From Gammaproteobacteria bacterium (lineage in GTDB: Bacteria; Pseudomonadota; Gammaproteobacteria; Natronospirales; REEB76): a stretch of DNA of 64,000 bases. Each line of letters opens with the position of its first letter. Positions within the stretch are counted from its first letter, which is position 1. The stretch covers positions 93,432 through 157,431 of the forward strand of contig DASVOS010000018.1 in NCBI GenBank assembly GCA_036383255.1, read 5' to 3'. Shown here piece by piece: positions 40,287-49,479 of the stretch. The translations under genes and the position numbers were made by a program. The notes under the pieces were generated by a model that was not told where the DNA came from, did no database searches, and worked only from the letters and a program-made list of their open reading frames with translations.

Positions 40287-41630
40287 ATGCGCAGACCCCT
40301 GGCACTGGTGGTTGACGACGAACCCGCCATCCGCGAACTCCTGGAGCTCACGCTCACGCGCATGGACGTGGACTGCGTGCTGGCCGGAGACCTCAAGGAG
40401 GCGCGCGCGCAGATCCAGTCCCAGGCCGTGGACCTCTGCCTCACCGACATGAAGCTCCCGGACGGCGACGGCCTCGAGCTCGTGAGCTACATCCAGGCCC
40501 ACGCCGCCCAGGTGCCGGTGGCGGTGATCACCGCCCACGGCAACGTCGAGTCCGCGGTGCAGGCGCTCAAGAACGGAGCCTTCGACTTCGTCTCCAAGCC
40601 CGTGGACCTCTCCGCACTGCGCAGCCTGGTCAGCACCGCGCTCAGGCTGCGCGAGCGGCGCCTCAGCGGCGAGGGACGCGGCGCGACCCGCCTGCTCGGC
40701 GCATCGCCCGCCATCGAGCAGGTGCGGGCCATGATCGCGAAGGTGTCCCGCAGCCAGGCGCCGGTGCATATCAGCGGCGAGTCCGGCACCGGCAAGGAAC
40801 TGGTGGCGCGGCTCATCCACGAGAACGGCGCCCGCGCCGATGCGCCCTTCGTCGCAGTGAACTGCGGCGCCATCCCCAGCGAGCTCATGGAGAGCGAGTT
40901 CTTCGGCTACAAGAAAGGCAGCTTCACCGGCGCCATCGCCGACAAGGACGGCCTGTTCCAGGCGGCGCAGGGCGGCACCCTGTTCCTGGACGAGGTGGCG
41001 GAGCTGCCGCTGCCGATGCAGGTGAAGCTCCTGCGCGTGATCCAGGAGAAGGCGATCCGCGCGGTGGGCGCGCCACGCGAGACGCCGATCGACGTGCGCA
41101 TCCTCTCCGCCACCCACCGCCACCTGGGCGAGCTGGTGCGGACCGGCCGCTTCCGCGAGGACCTCTTCTACCGCATCAACGTGATCGAACTCAGGGTCCC
41201 ACCGCTGCGCGAGCGCGTCGAGGACATACCGCTGCTCGCCCAGCACATCCTGGCGCGGCTCGCCTCCGACCTCGGCCGTAAATCCGTGAGGCTCGCGCCC
41301 GATGCCGTGGAACTGCTGGCGGGCTATCCCTTCCCCGGCAACGTGCGGGAGCTCGAGAACATCCTGGAGCGGGCCATGACCCTGGCCGAGGGCGCGGTCA
41401 TCCACGCCGCCGACATCCAGCTGCACGCGCCGACGGCGGAACCGGTGTCCGAAGGCGAAACCGCGGGTGGAGGCGCCCAGCCCCTTGGCAAGCACTTGGG
41501 GGACGTCGAGAAGGAAGCCATCCGCAAGGCGCTGGAGCAGACCCGTTACAACAAGACCGCCGCCGCCAAGCTCCTGGGCATGAGCTTCCGCCAGCTACGC
41601 TATCGTATTAAGAAACTTGGACTCGAATGA
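40287..41630 (+). CDS. pilR: Sigma54-dependent response regulator PilR
   Basis: 447 aa with a receiver domain (DLCLTDMKLPDG), an AAA+ domain (GESGTGKE, GAFTGA-like GSFTGA) and a C-terminal Fis-type HTH. Confidence 0.85.
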   Translation: MRRPLALVVDDEPAIRELLELTLTRMDVDCVLAGDLKEARAQIQSQAVDLCLTDMKLPDGDGLELVSYIQAHAAQVPVAVITAHGNVESAVQALKNGAFDFVSKPVDLSALRSLVSTALRLRERRLSGEGRGATRLLGASPAIEQVRAMIAKVSRSQAPVHISGESGTGKELVARLIHENGARADAPFVAVNCGAIPSELMESEFFGYKKGSFTGAIADKDGLFQAAQGGTLFLDEVAELPLPMQVKLLRVIQEKAIRAVGAPRETPIDVRILSATHRHLGELVRTGRFREDLFYRINVIELRVPPLRERVEDIPLLAQHILARLASDLGRKSVRLAPDAVELLAGYPFPGNVRELENILERAMTLAEGAVIHAADIQLHAPTAEPVSEGETAGGGAQPLGKHLGDVEKEAIRKALEQTRYNKTAAAKLLGMSFRQLRYRIKKLGLE

Positions 41631-41643
41631 TTCCGGACCAGAA

Positions 41644-41677
41644 CTGACAAAGTTTGTCAGTTCCTGACAAATTTGTC
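41644..41677 (+). promoter_or_regulatory. Candidate PilR upstream activating sites
   Basis: Two adjacent near-palindromes, CTGACAAAGTTTGTCAG (41644-41660) and CTGACAAATTTGTC (41664-41677), lie about 60-90 bp upstream of the sigma54 promoter. Confidence 0.55.
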
Positions 41678-41732
41678 TCGCGAAAGCCTCCCCTCGACCT
41701 GCAATCTCCCATATCTACCGCGCCAAACAAGT

Positions 41733-41749
41733 TGGCACGCAAGTTGCAT
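41733..41749 (+). promoter_or_regulatory. Sigma54 (-24/-12) promoter of pilA
   Basis: TGGCACgcaagTTGCAT exactly matches TGGCAC-N5-TTGCW, about 70 nt upstream of the pilA ATG. Confidence 0.85.
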
Positions 41750-41820
41750 ACTCTTCATACAGGAGTGTACATTCGTCGCTCCAGACCTAGGGTTCCTCCA
41801 CACCTCGAGGAGTGAAGACA

Positions 41821-42327
41821 ATGAAGACGTTGCAGAAGGGCTTTACCCTGATCGAATTGATGATCGTGATCGCGATCATCGGCATCCTGGCGGCCATCGC
41901 CATCCCGGCGTACCAGGACTACATCGCGCGTTCGCAGATGTCGGAAGGCATCCAGCTCGCGGGCGGCGGCGAAGTCGGCATGTCCGAGTTCTACCAGAAC
42001 AACAGCCGCTGGCCGACCGGCGCGGGTGCCACCGCGGGCCTCGAGTCCGTGTATAGCACCGCCAGCGACACGCCGACCATCGGTGCCGGCCGTTACGTGA
42101 CCACCCTGATGGCGACCGGCATCTCCGGAGCCACGGTGGGCATCCTCGCCACCATGAAGGGCACCGGCGTGAACGCCCATATCGCCAACACCAGCGTGGA
42201 GATCTGGACGACCGACGGCGGCAACACCTGGCACTGCGGTCCTTCGAACACCACCGACGCCGGCAGCGGCGGCCCGGTGGACCAGAAGTACCTGCCGGCT
42301 TCCTGCCGCGACTCCGGCGCGCCCTGA
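41821..42327 (+). CDS. pilA: Type IVa major pilin
   Basis: [34 protein letters not shown] has the class III leader and N-methyl-Phe consensus. GAGGAG lies 8 nt upstream of ATG 41821. There is a C-terminal Cys...Cys loop. Confidence 0.9.
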   Translation: MKTLQKGFTLIELMIVIAIIGILAAIAIPAYQDYIARSQMSEGIQLAGGGEVGMSEFYQNNSRWPTGAGATAGLESVYSTASDTPTIGAGRYVTTLMATGISGATVGILATMKGTGVNAHIANTSVEIWTTDGGNTWHCGPSNTTDAGSGGPVDQKYLPASCRDSGAP

Positions 42328-42360
42328 TAGCAGGTCCGCGTTTTCCCAAGTTTGGGAACC

Positions 42361-42390
42361 TATGCCCCGCGCGAGCGGGGCATAGTTTTA
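42361..42390 (+). terminator. Intrinsic terminator after pilA
   Basis: TATGCCCCGC-gcga-GCGGGGCATA followed by GTTTTA. Confidence 0.75.
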
Positions 42391-42415
42391 TGCGGAACCG
42401 GAAAGCCCCGCCTAC

Positions 42416-44365
42416 ATGCTGAAACTCCTGCGCAGATACGCTTTCCCGCTGGCCTGCCTGGCCGCGCTCGCGCTCGCCCTGCTGATATACCTGCCTGGCT
42501 TGCCCGGAAGTTTCGTGTTCGACGACGTGGGCAGCATCGTCCGGAACCCCGCGATACGCATCCGCGACCTGGGTTTCGAGAGCCTGCTGCAAGCCGCACT
42601 CTCCTCCCCCGGGGGCGGACTGATGCGGCCGCTCAGCATGTTGAGCTTCGCTCTCGACGCCTACTTCTTCGGCCTCTCGCCCTTCGCCTTCAAGCTCACC
42701 AACATACTCATCCACATCGCGAACGGCCTGCTGCTGGGGCTGGTGGCGCGCGAGCTGCTGCGCACGGTGCAGGAACGCTTCGCACTGTCGCGCCGGGAGA
42801 TCGAGTGGCTGAGCCTGGGGATCGCGTTGCTCTGGTGCGTGCATCCGTTGGACCTCACCGCCGTGCTATACGCGGTGCAACGCGAGACCGCGCTGGCGGC
42901 CTTCTTCAGCGCCCTCGCGCTGCTCTCCTACACCGTGGCGCGGCGGCACCAACGCAGCCGCGGGACCGGCCGGTGGCTGCTGTGGCTGTGCACCCCGCTG
43001 GCGGTGGGGGCCGCCGTGTTCAGCAAGGAGAACGCGGCGATCGTGCCGCTCCTGTTCCTGGTCATCGAGTTCACGCTTCTTCGGTTCCGCGGCCGTGACG
43101 GTGCCCCCAGCCGCGAGCTATGGCTGTTCCACGGGCTGTTCCTGCTGCTGCCGGGCCTGGGCCTCGCGGCGCTGATCCTGCTGCATCCCGCCACCCTGTT
43201 CGCGAGCTACGTGGGCCGCGACTACACCATGTGGGAGCGGCTCCTCAGCGAATCGCGGATCCTGCTGGACTACCTGCGCTGGGCCCTGCTCCCCGACTTG
43301 AAGCAGCTCGCGCTGTTCCACGACGACATCGCGCCCTCGCGCGGACTCTTACAGCCGGCTACCACGCTGCCGAGCTGCCTCGCGGTGATCGTCCTGCTGG
43401 CCGCGGCGTTCGGCTTGCGCCGGCGTGCGCCGCTGCTGAGCTTCGGGCTGCTGTGGTTCTTCGCAGGCCACCTGATCGAGTCCACGGTGCTGCCGCTGGA
43501 ACTCGCCTTCGAGCACCGCAACTACCTGCCGCTGTTCGGGCTCATGCTTGGCACCCTGGGCAGCCTCTACCTGTTCGCCCGGTCCCGGGGTGAGGCGCGC
43601 CTGGTGGCGGCGCTGTTCGTCATCGGCGTCAGCGCGATGGCGGCCGCCACCGCGGTGCGGGCCTCCGAGTGGGGCAACGAGCTGGACTTCGCCCTGTCCG
43701 AGTCGAAGCACCATCCGGGCTCGCCGCGGGCGCTATCCGAGCTGGAGTGGGCCTACCTCAACTACATCGTGGTCACCCATGACGCCACCCTGGTGCCCCT
43801 CGCCGAGGACGCAGCCCGGCGCTCCAAGGCGGCCGATCCCTACAGCATCAATCAGGACGTAAGCCTGGCCTACATGTACTCCAAGCTGCAGGACGTTCCC
43901 AACGCGCGCCGGCACCTGGCCGCCGCCGCCAAAGGCGCCGACACCGCCCATATCAGCGCCACCCTCCAGTTCAGCCTGCAGACCCTTCTGGACATGGCGG
44001 TACCCGAGAACCAGGCGCTTTTCCCGGACATGCGCGCCGTGTTCGATCGTGCGCTGGCGAGCCCCCAGCTCACCACCGATGCCTGCTATACGGCGAACCT
44101 GATGAACAGCTACGCCCTGTTCCTGGACCGTATCCAGGACATCCCGGCGGCAGTGACGTCACTGCACAAGTCGGTGATGCTGTGCCCCTCGAACGGCCAG
44201 CTGCGCGCCAACTTCGCACGGCTCCTCCTGCGCTACGGTGATCTCAAGGATGCCCGGACCGAGCTGGATGCCCTGCGTGCACTGGGTGATCCGCGCCGGA
44301 GCAGCGAGCTCGCCGAGCTGGAAGCCGACTACAAGGCACAGCAGCGTCTCAAACACGGAGGTTGA
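42416..44365 (+). CDS. TMTC-like GT-C-type membrane glycosyltransferase with a C-terminal TPR-like domain (copy 1)
   Basis: 649 aa. About 400 aa of multi-TM N-terminus, with FVFDDVGSIVRNP in the first loop and MRPLSMLSFAL. The C-terminal ~230 aa is helical-repeat-like. Confidence 0.6.
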   Translation: MLKLLRRYAFPLACLAALALALLIYLPGLPGSFVFDDVGSIVRNPAIRIRDLGFESLLQAALSSPGGGLMRPLSMLSFALDAYFFGLSPFAFKLTNILIHIANGLLLGLVARELLRTVQERFALSRREIEWLSLGIALLWCVHPLDLTAVLYAVQRETALAAFFSALALLSYTVARRHQRSRGTGRWLLWLCTPLAVGAAVFSKENAAIVPLLFLVIEFTLLRFRGRDGAPSRELWLFHGLFLLLPGLGLAALILLHPATLFASYVGRDYTMWERLLSESRILLDYLRWALLPDLKQLALFHDDIAPSRGLLQPATTLPSCLAVIVLLAAAFGLRRRAPLLSFGLLWFFAGHLIESTVLPLELAFEHRNYLPLFGLMLGTLGSLYLFARSRGEARLVAALFVIGVSAMAAATAVRASEWGNELDFALSESKHHPGSPRALSELEWAYLNYIVVTHDATLVPLAEDAARRSKAADPYSINQDVSLAYMYSKLQDVPNARRHLAAAAKGADTAHISATLQFSLQTLLDMAVPENQALFPDMRAVFDRALASPQLTTDACYTANLMNSYALFLDRIQDIPAAVTSLHKSVMLCPSNGQLRANFARLLLRYGDLKDARTELDALRALGDPRRSSELAELEADYKAQQRLKHGG

Positions 44366-44427
44366 GCCTGCCCGGACGCCCGCTTCCGTATAGAATCACG
44401 CACCTCCAAATCCCGCTGCAGGCGACC

Positions 44428-46383
44428 ATGCGGCCCAAGCTCGACGACAACCTCATGCGCCTGCTGTTCGTCTTCGCAGCCGGCCTGCTCGCGGTGCTGG
44501 CCTACTGGCCCGGTCTCTCCGGCGGTTTCGCGCTGGATGACTACACCAACGTGGTCCTGAACCCGGCCATCGCGATCCGCGACCTCTCCTGGGATTCCCT
44601 GAGCCACGCTGCCTTCTCCTTCCAGGCCGGACCCGCCATGCGCCCCCTGAGCATGGTGAGCTTCGCCCTCAATGCCTATTTCACCGGCCCGAACGGCGCC
44701 ATGGCCTTCAAGGCCACCAACCTCGCCATCCACCTGCTGAATGGGCTGTTGGTGTGGTCGCTGCTGAAGCGGATGCTGGCCGCCTGGGGGGCGCGCGAGG
44801 ACGGCGTCACCGGGAAGTCCGCCGGCTGGCTGGCCGCCGTGACCGCCGCATTCTGGCTGCTGCATCCCTTGAACGCCATGCCTGTGCTCTACGTGGTGCA
44901 GCGCGAGACCGCCCTCTCCAGCCTGTTCGTGCTGCTCGGCCTGTACCTATATGTGGAAGCCCGTACGCGCCGCGATCGCGCCGGTACCTTCATGGTCTGG
45001 CTCGGGATACCCGTGCTCACCCTGCTCGCGGTGCTGTGCAAGGAATCCGGCGCACTGCTGCCGGTGTATGCCCTCGCCGTGGAACTCTTCATCTTCCATT
45101 TCCGCCGCAGCGGCGGCGGTTTCGATCGCGGCCTGGCGCTGCTCTACGGCCTGTTCCTGCTGTTGCCCGCCGGCCTCGGTCTCGGTTGGGCGCTCTTCTC
45201 GCACGGTGGCGGCGTGCTCAACTACGCAGGGCGCGACTTCGGCTTGCGGGAGCGGCTGCTGTCCGAGACGCGGGTGCTGTGGGACTACATCCGCTGGACC
45301 TTGCTGCCCTGGCCCGCTTCGCTGGGCCTCTACCACGACGACATCGCCGTCTCACGCAGCCTACTGCAGCCCGTCACCACCTTGTTCGCGCTGTTCGGCC
45401 TCCTGGGCCTCGCCGTTGCCAGCCTGCTGCTGCGCCGCCGCTGGCCGCTGGTGGCGCTTGGCATCGCCTGGTTCCTGGGCGGGCAGCTCATGGAATCCAG
45501 CATCTTCCCGCTGGAGCTGGCCTACGAGCACCGCTGCTACCTGCCGGACCTGGGGCTCATTCTGGCGGTGGTCTCGCTGCTCTACCCTCTGACCGCCGCG
45601 TCCCGCTGGCCGCAGGCGCGGCTCGTCCTGCTGGCGGCACTGCTCGTGGCCTGCACTGCCGTCACTGCGAGCCGCGCCTATGACTGGCGTGACAACCTGT
45701 CCTTCGCCGCGGCCGAAGCACGCCATCATCCCGAGTCGCCCTACGCCACCTACATGCTGGGCCAGACTTACGCCAATCTCGCGCTGATGACCGACCGGAC
45801 CCAGTACGAGAACGCGGTCACGTCACTGCGTGCCGCCTCGGCGGTGAAGAACTCCACCATCATCCCCGATGTCTCGCTGGTGCTGGTGCAGGCACAGATC
45901 CGCCACCGGGTGGACCCGGATGTGCTGCCGCGCATCGCCGCCAAGATGGGCGAGCGCAAGATCGCCGCTTCCGACATCCAGGGGCTGGCGGCGCTGGGCG
46001 AGTGCGTGGACAAGCGCAACTGCGTGGTGCCCGCCCGCGACATGCAGGCGGTGTTCGACTCGGCGCTGGCGAACCCGCACCTCGCCGAGCTCAGGGACAC
46101 TCATGCCAACATCCTGGTGATCTACGGCAACTACACCGCCATCACCGGCGCCGACCCGCGCAAGGCGCGCGAGCTCATGGGGCAGGCGGCTGAGCTGGTG
46201 CCGGCGGAGCCCCAGTACCGCGAGAACATGGTGACCATGGACATCAGCCTCGGGGACCGGGAGCGGGCGCTCGCGGACCTCGAGGGCCTGCGCAGCCTGA
46301 ACTACCTCGGCCACCTGGATCCCGTGATCGCCGAGTTGCAGCGGCAGATCGACGACCTGCCGGCGGGCCGGGCGCGCCCCTGA
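44428..46383 (+). CDS. TMTC-like GT-C-type membrane glycosyltransferase with a C-terminal TPR-like domain (copy 2)
   Basis: 651 aa from ATG 44428. Collinear paralog of copy 1 (FALDDYTNVVLNP, MRPLSMVSFAL, YVVQRETAL, FPLELAYEHRCYLP). Confidence 0.6.
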   Translation: MRPKLDDNLMRLLFVFAAGLLAVLAYWPGLSGGFALDDYTNVVLNPAIAIRDLSWDSLSHAAFSFQAGPAMRPLSMVSFALNAYFTGPNGAMAFKATNLAIHLLNGLLVWSLLKRMLAAWGAREDGVTGKSAGWLAAVTAAFWLLHPLNAMPVLYVVQRETALSSLFVLLGLYLYVEARTRRDRAGTFMVWLGIPVLTLLAVLCKESGALLPVYALAVELFIFHFRRSGGGFDRGLALLYGLFLLLPAGLGLGWALFSHGGGVLNYAGRDFGLRERLLSETRVLWDYIRWTLLPWPASLGLYHDDIAVSRSLLQPVTTLFALFGLLGLAVASLLLRRRWPLVALGIAWFLGGQLMESSIFPLELAYEHRCYLPDLGLILAVVSLLYPLTAASRWPQARLVLLAALLVACTAVTASRAYDWRDNLSFAAAEARHHPESPYATYMLGQTYANLALMTDRTQYENAVTSLRAASAVKNSTIIPDVSLVLVQAQIRHRVDPDVLPRIAAKMGERKIAASDIQGLAALGECVDKRNCVVPARDMQAVFDSALANPHLAELRDTHANILVIYGNYTAITGADPRKARELMGQAAELVPAEPQYRENMVTMDISLGDRERALADLEGLRSLNYLGHLDPVIAELQRQIDDLPAGRARP

Positions 46384-46429
46384 GGATGATATATTGGCGG
46401 CCCGACAGGCCCCGCCCGCCGCGAGCCCC

Positions 46430-47299
46430 ATGAGCGAAACCCAGCCGCCCCTCTCCATCGTCATCCCCGCCAAGGACGAGGCCGCGAGCCTGCCCGGCGT
46501 GCTGCAGGAGCTGAAGCGCCTGCACCCTGACGCCGAGCTCATCGTGGTGGACGACGGCTCCTCCGACGGCACCGGCGAGGCAGCCCGCGCCGCCGGCGCA
46601 CGGGTGATACGCAACCCCTATTCCCTCGGCAACGGCGCCGCGGTCAAGGCCGGCGCGCGCGCCGCGCGCGGTCGCCTGCTGGTGTGCATGGACGCGGACG
46701 GCCAGCACGCGCCGGCTGACGTGGCGCGGCTCCTGGCGATGCAGGCCGAGGGCTACGACATGGTGGTGGGTGCGCGCAGCGGCGGCCGCTCCCAGGCTTC
46801 CCCCTGGCGCCATCTCGCCAACACCATCTACAACCTGCTGGCGACCTGGATGGTGGGACACCGCATCCTGGACCTCACCTCGGGCTTCCGGGTGTCGGAG
46901 ACGGCGCGCTTCCGCGAGTTCCTGCACCTCCTGCCGAACGGCTTCTCCTATCCCACCACCAGCACCATGGCGTTCTTCCGCGCCGGCTACCGGGTGGGCT
47001 ACCTGCCCATCGAAGCCGCCCGGCGCCAGGGCAAGAGCCACATCAAGCCGCTGCGCGACGGCGTGCGCTTCCTGCTCATCATCTTCAAGATCGCGACGCT
47101 ATACTCTCCGCTCAAGATATTCCTGCCCATCAGCGCACTGTTCTTCTTCACCGGCACGGGCTATTACCTCTACAGCTTCGCCGTCTACCACCGCTTCACC
47201 AACATGACGGCGCTGCTCATCATCACCTCGGTGCTGGTGTTCCTGATCGGGCTCGTCTCCGAGCAGATCACCACCCTGATGTTCAGCCGCCATTCCTGA
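46430..47299 (+). CDS. GT2 polyprenyl-phosphate glycosyltransferase (GtrB/ArnC/DPM1-like)
   Basis: LSIVIPAKDE, VVDDGSSDGT and MDADGQH (DxD) motifs, plus two C-terminal TM helices (IFLPISALFFFTG..., ALLIITSVLVFLIGLV). Confidence 0.75.
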   Translation: MSETQPPLSIVIPAKDEAASLPGVLQELKRLHPDAELIVVDDGSSDGTGEAARAAGARVIRNPYSLGNGAAVKAGARAARGRLLVCMDADGQHAPADVARLLAMQAEGYDMVVGARSGGRSQASPWRHLANTIYNLLATWMVGHRILDLTSGFRVSETARFREFLHLLPNGFSYPTTSTMAFFRAGYRVGYLPIEAARRQGKSHIKPLRDGVRFLLIIFKIATLYSPLKIFLPISALFFFTGTGYYLYSFAVYHRFTNMTALLIITSVLVFLIGLVSEQITTLMFSRHS

Positions 47300-47300
47300 C

Positions 47301-48518
47301 ATGGCGGCCGCGGCGGGACAGCCGGCGACGCGCATCCTGGTGCTCGCCTCCACCTACCCGCGCTGGCCGGACGACACCCTGCCCCCCTTCGTGCACGAGC
47401 TGGCGCGCCGCCTGACGGATGGACGCGAGGTGCACGTGCTCGCGCCCCATGCGCGAGGCTGCAAGACGCATGAGGTGATGGACGGCGTCCACGTGCACCG
47501 CTTCCGCTACCTGCCGGAACGCTTCGAGACGCTCGCCTACGCCAGCGGCATGCTGCCGGGCCTGCGCCGCCGCCCCTGGCGGCTCCTGGCGCTGCCGTTC
47601 TTCCTGGGCGCCGAGTGGCTGGCGGCGCTGCGCCTGCTGCGCGCGCAGCGCTTCCACGCCATCCACGCCCACTGGCTGCTGCCCCACGGGCTGACTGCGC
47701 TGCTGGCGCGCGCGTTCTGCGGCTACCGGCCCGCGGTGCTCTGCACCTCCCACGGCGCCGACCTCTACGGCCTCAAGGGCGCCCTCGCGCGCGCCCTCAA
47801 GCGCTACACGGTGCGGCACTCGGAGCACGTGACGGTGGTGAGCCAGGCCATGCTGGAGACGCTGCAGGAGGAAGCCGGCGATGGTGGCCACTGCAGCGTG
47901 CTGCCCATGGGCGTGGACACCCAGGGGCGCTTCACGCCCTCCGCCTCGCCCATCAGCCGCGGCAGCCTGCTGTTCGTGGGACGCCTCGCCGACAAGAAGG
48001 GCGTGGACGTGCTGCTGGACGCGCTGGCGCGCCTCAAGGACATGCCGGACCTGAGCCTACACATCATCGGCAGCGGCCCGGAGGAAGCACGGCTGAAACA
48101 ACGGGCCGGCGCGCTCAGGCTCGGCAAGATCGTGGACTTCGTGGGCCCGGTGCCGAACCGCGACCTGCCGCTCTGGTACCAGCGCTGCTCGGTGCTGGTG
48201 TTCCCTTCGGTGGTCACGGCCTACGGCGACCAGGAGGGCCTGGGGCTGGTGCCGGTGGAGGCGCTGGCCTGCGGCTGCGCGGTGGTGGCGAGCGACCTGC
48301 CGGCCATCCGCGACGTGATCCGCGACCGGGAGACCGGCCTCCTGGTGCCGGCCGGCGACCCCAAGCAGTTGGCGGAAGCATTGCACGTGCTGCTCTGGGA
48401 CAAGTCCCTGAGCGAAGCGCTGGCGGCGCGGGGCCGCGCCTACGTGCGGGAACACTTCGACTGGAGCCGCATCGCCGCATCCTACGGCGCGCTGCTGGAC
48501 CGGCTGGCGTCTAGCTGA
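47301..48518 (+). CDS. GT4-family glycosyltransferase
   Basis: 405 aa with the C-terminal EGLGLVPVEALACGCAVVASD (E-x7-E type) motif. Confidence 0.75.
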   Translation: MAAAAGQPATRILVLASTYPRWPDDTLPPFVHELARRLTDGREVHVLAPHARGCKTHEVMDGVHVHRFRYLPERFETLAYASGMLPGLRRRPWRLLALPFFLGAEWLAALRLLRAQRFHAIHAHWLLPHGLTALLARAFCGYRPAVLCTSHGADLYGLKGALARALKRYTVRHSEHVTVVSQAMLETLQEEAGDGGHCSVLPMGVDTQGRFTPSASPISRGSLLFVGRLADKKGVDVLLDALARLKDMPDLSLHIIGSGPEEARLKQRAGALRLGKIVDFVGPVPNRDLPLWYQRCSVLVFPSVVTAYGDQEGLGLVPVEALACGCAVVASDLPAIRDVIRDRETGLLVPAGDPKQLAEALHVLLWDKSLSEALAARGRAYVREHFDWSRIAASYGALLDRLASS

Positions 48519-49479
48519 GCAGGCGCGCTCGCGCCGCCTCCAGCACCGTCTCCACTTCCAGCTCACGGATGCAGCGGGCCCGGTAGAACGGCACCGGGCA
48601 GCGGTATTGGTCGCAGGCGAGGCCGCAGCGACCCGAATCCAGGTTCAGCACGTGTGCATAGGGTGGCCGCCACCGATGGGGCGAGGAGCCCGTCAGCACC
48701 AGCGTCGGCTTGCCGAGCATCGCCGCCAGGTGCATGACGCCGGAGTTGTGGCAGATGACGCCGCGGCTGCCTTCGATGCTGGCCGCGAGGCCTGCCAGGG
48801 AAAGATCGGTGCGGACCTCCACGCGACCGGCATCCATCCCCTCCGCCAACCTGTTCAAGGTGTCTGCCTCGGAGGGCGTGCCCACCAGCACGAGCCGCAG
48901 ACCTGGTGTCTCCAATAACCTGTCCATGAGCCCGCGCCACTTCTCACCCGGCCACTGCTTCGTCTCCCAGCGTCCCTTGGCGCCGGCATGCAGCACGAGA
49001 TAGCCACCCTTTTCGGGTCTCGCGCCGGTGTCCCAACGGCCACCGTAGGGCAGCAGGGCCTCGCCCGGCTCGGCGAGCCCCAGCATGCGGATGTCGGCGA
49101 GCACCTGCTCACCCAGGAACGCCGGCACCCCGGCATGCTGCACGCTCCAGATGCGCTCGGCACCCACCACCGTGGCCAGGAGGCAGGTCTTGAGGCGCGG
49201 CTGGGGGCCCAGGTAGATCCAGTCGAAGCGCACGCCGAGCTCGCGGAACACCCGCAAGGCTTCGCGCGGCGAGGAAGGCAGGCGCCGCAGGTCCACCCTG
49301 AGGTCCAGCGCCTCGAACACGCCTTCCAGGTGGCTCGCGGTGGTGAAGAAATACGGCGGATGTTCGAGCCGGCGTGCGAGTGCCGTGAGCAGCGGCCGGG
49401 CCACCAGGATGTCCCCGAGGCCGCCGCCCCAGAAGACGGCGAACCGGTCGCCTGGCTGGACCACGGCTTGCGCGTTCAT
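48511..49479 (-). CDS. GT9-family glycosyltransferase (heptosyltransferase-like)
   Basis: 322 aa with GGGLGDILVARPLL and HNSGVMHLAAMLGKPTLVL motifs. ATGA overlap with the upstream Wzx-like gene. Confidence 0.65.
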   Translation of the reverse strand: MNAQAVVQPGDRFAVFWGGGLGDILVARPLLTALARRLEHPPYFFTTASHLEGVFEALDLRVDLRRLPSSPREALRVFRELGVRFDWIYLGPQPRLKTCLLATVVGAERIWSVQHAGVPAFLGEQVLADIRMLGLAEPGEALLPYGGRWDTGARPEKGGYLVLHAGAKGRWETKQWPGEKWRGLMDRLLETPGLRLVLVGTPSEADTLNRLAEGMDAGRVEVRTDLSLAGLAASIEGSRGVICHNSGVMHLAAMLGKPTLVLTGSSPHRWRPPYAHVLNLDSGRCGLACDQYRCPVPFYRARCIRELEVETVLEAARARLLS

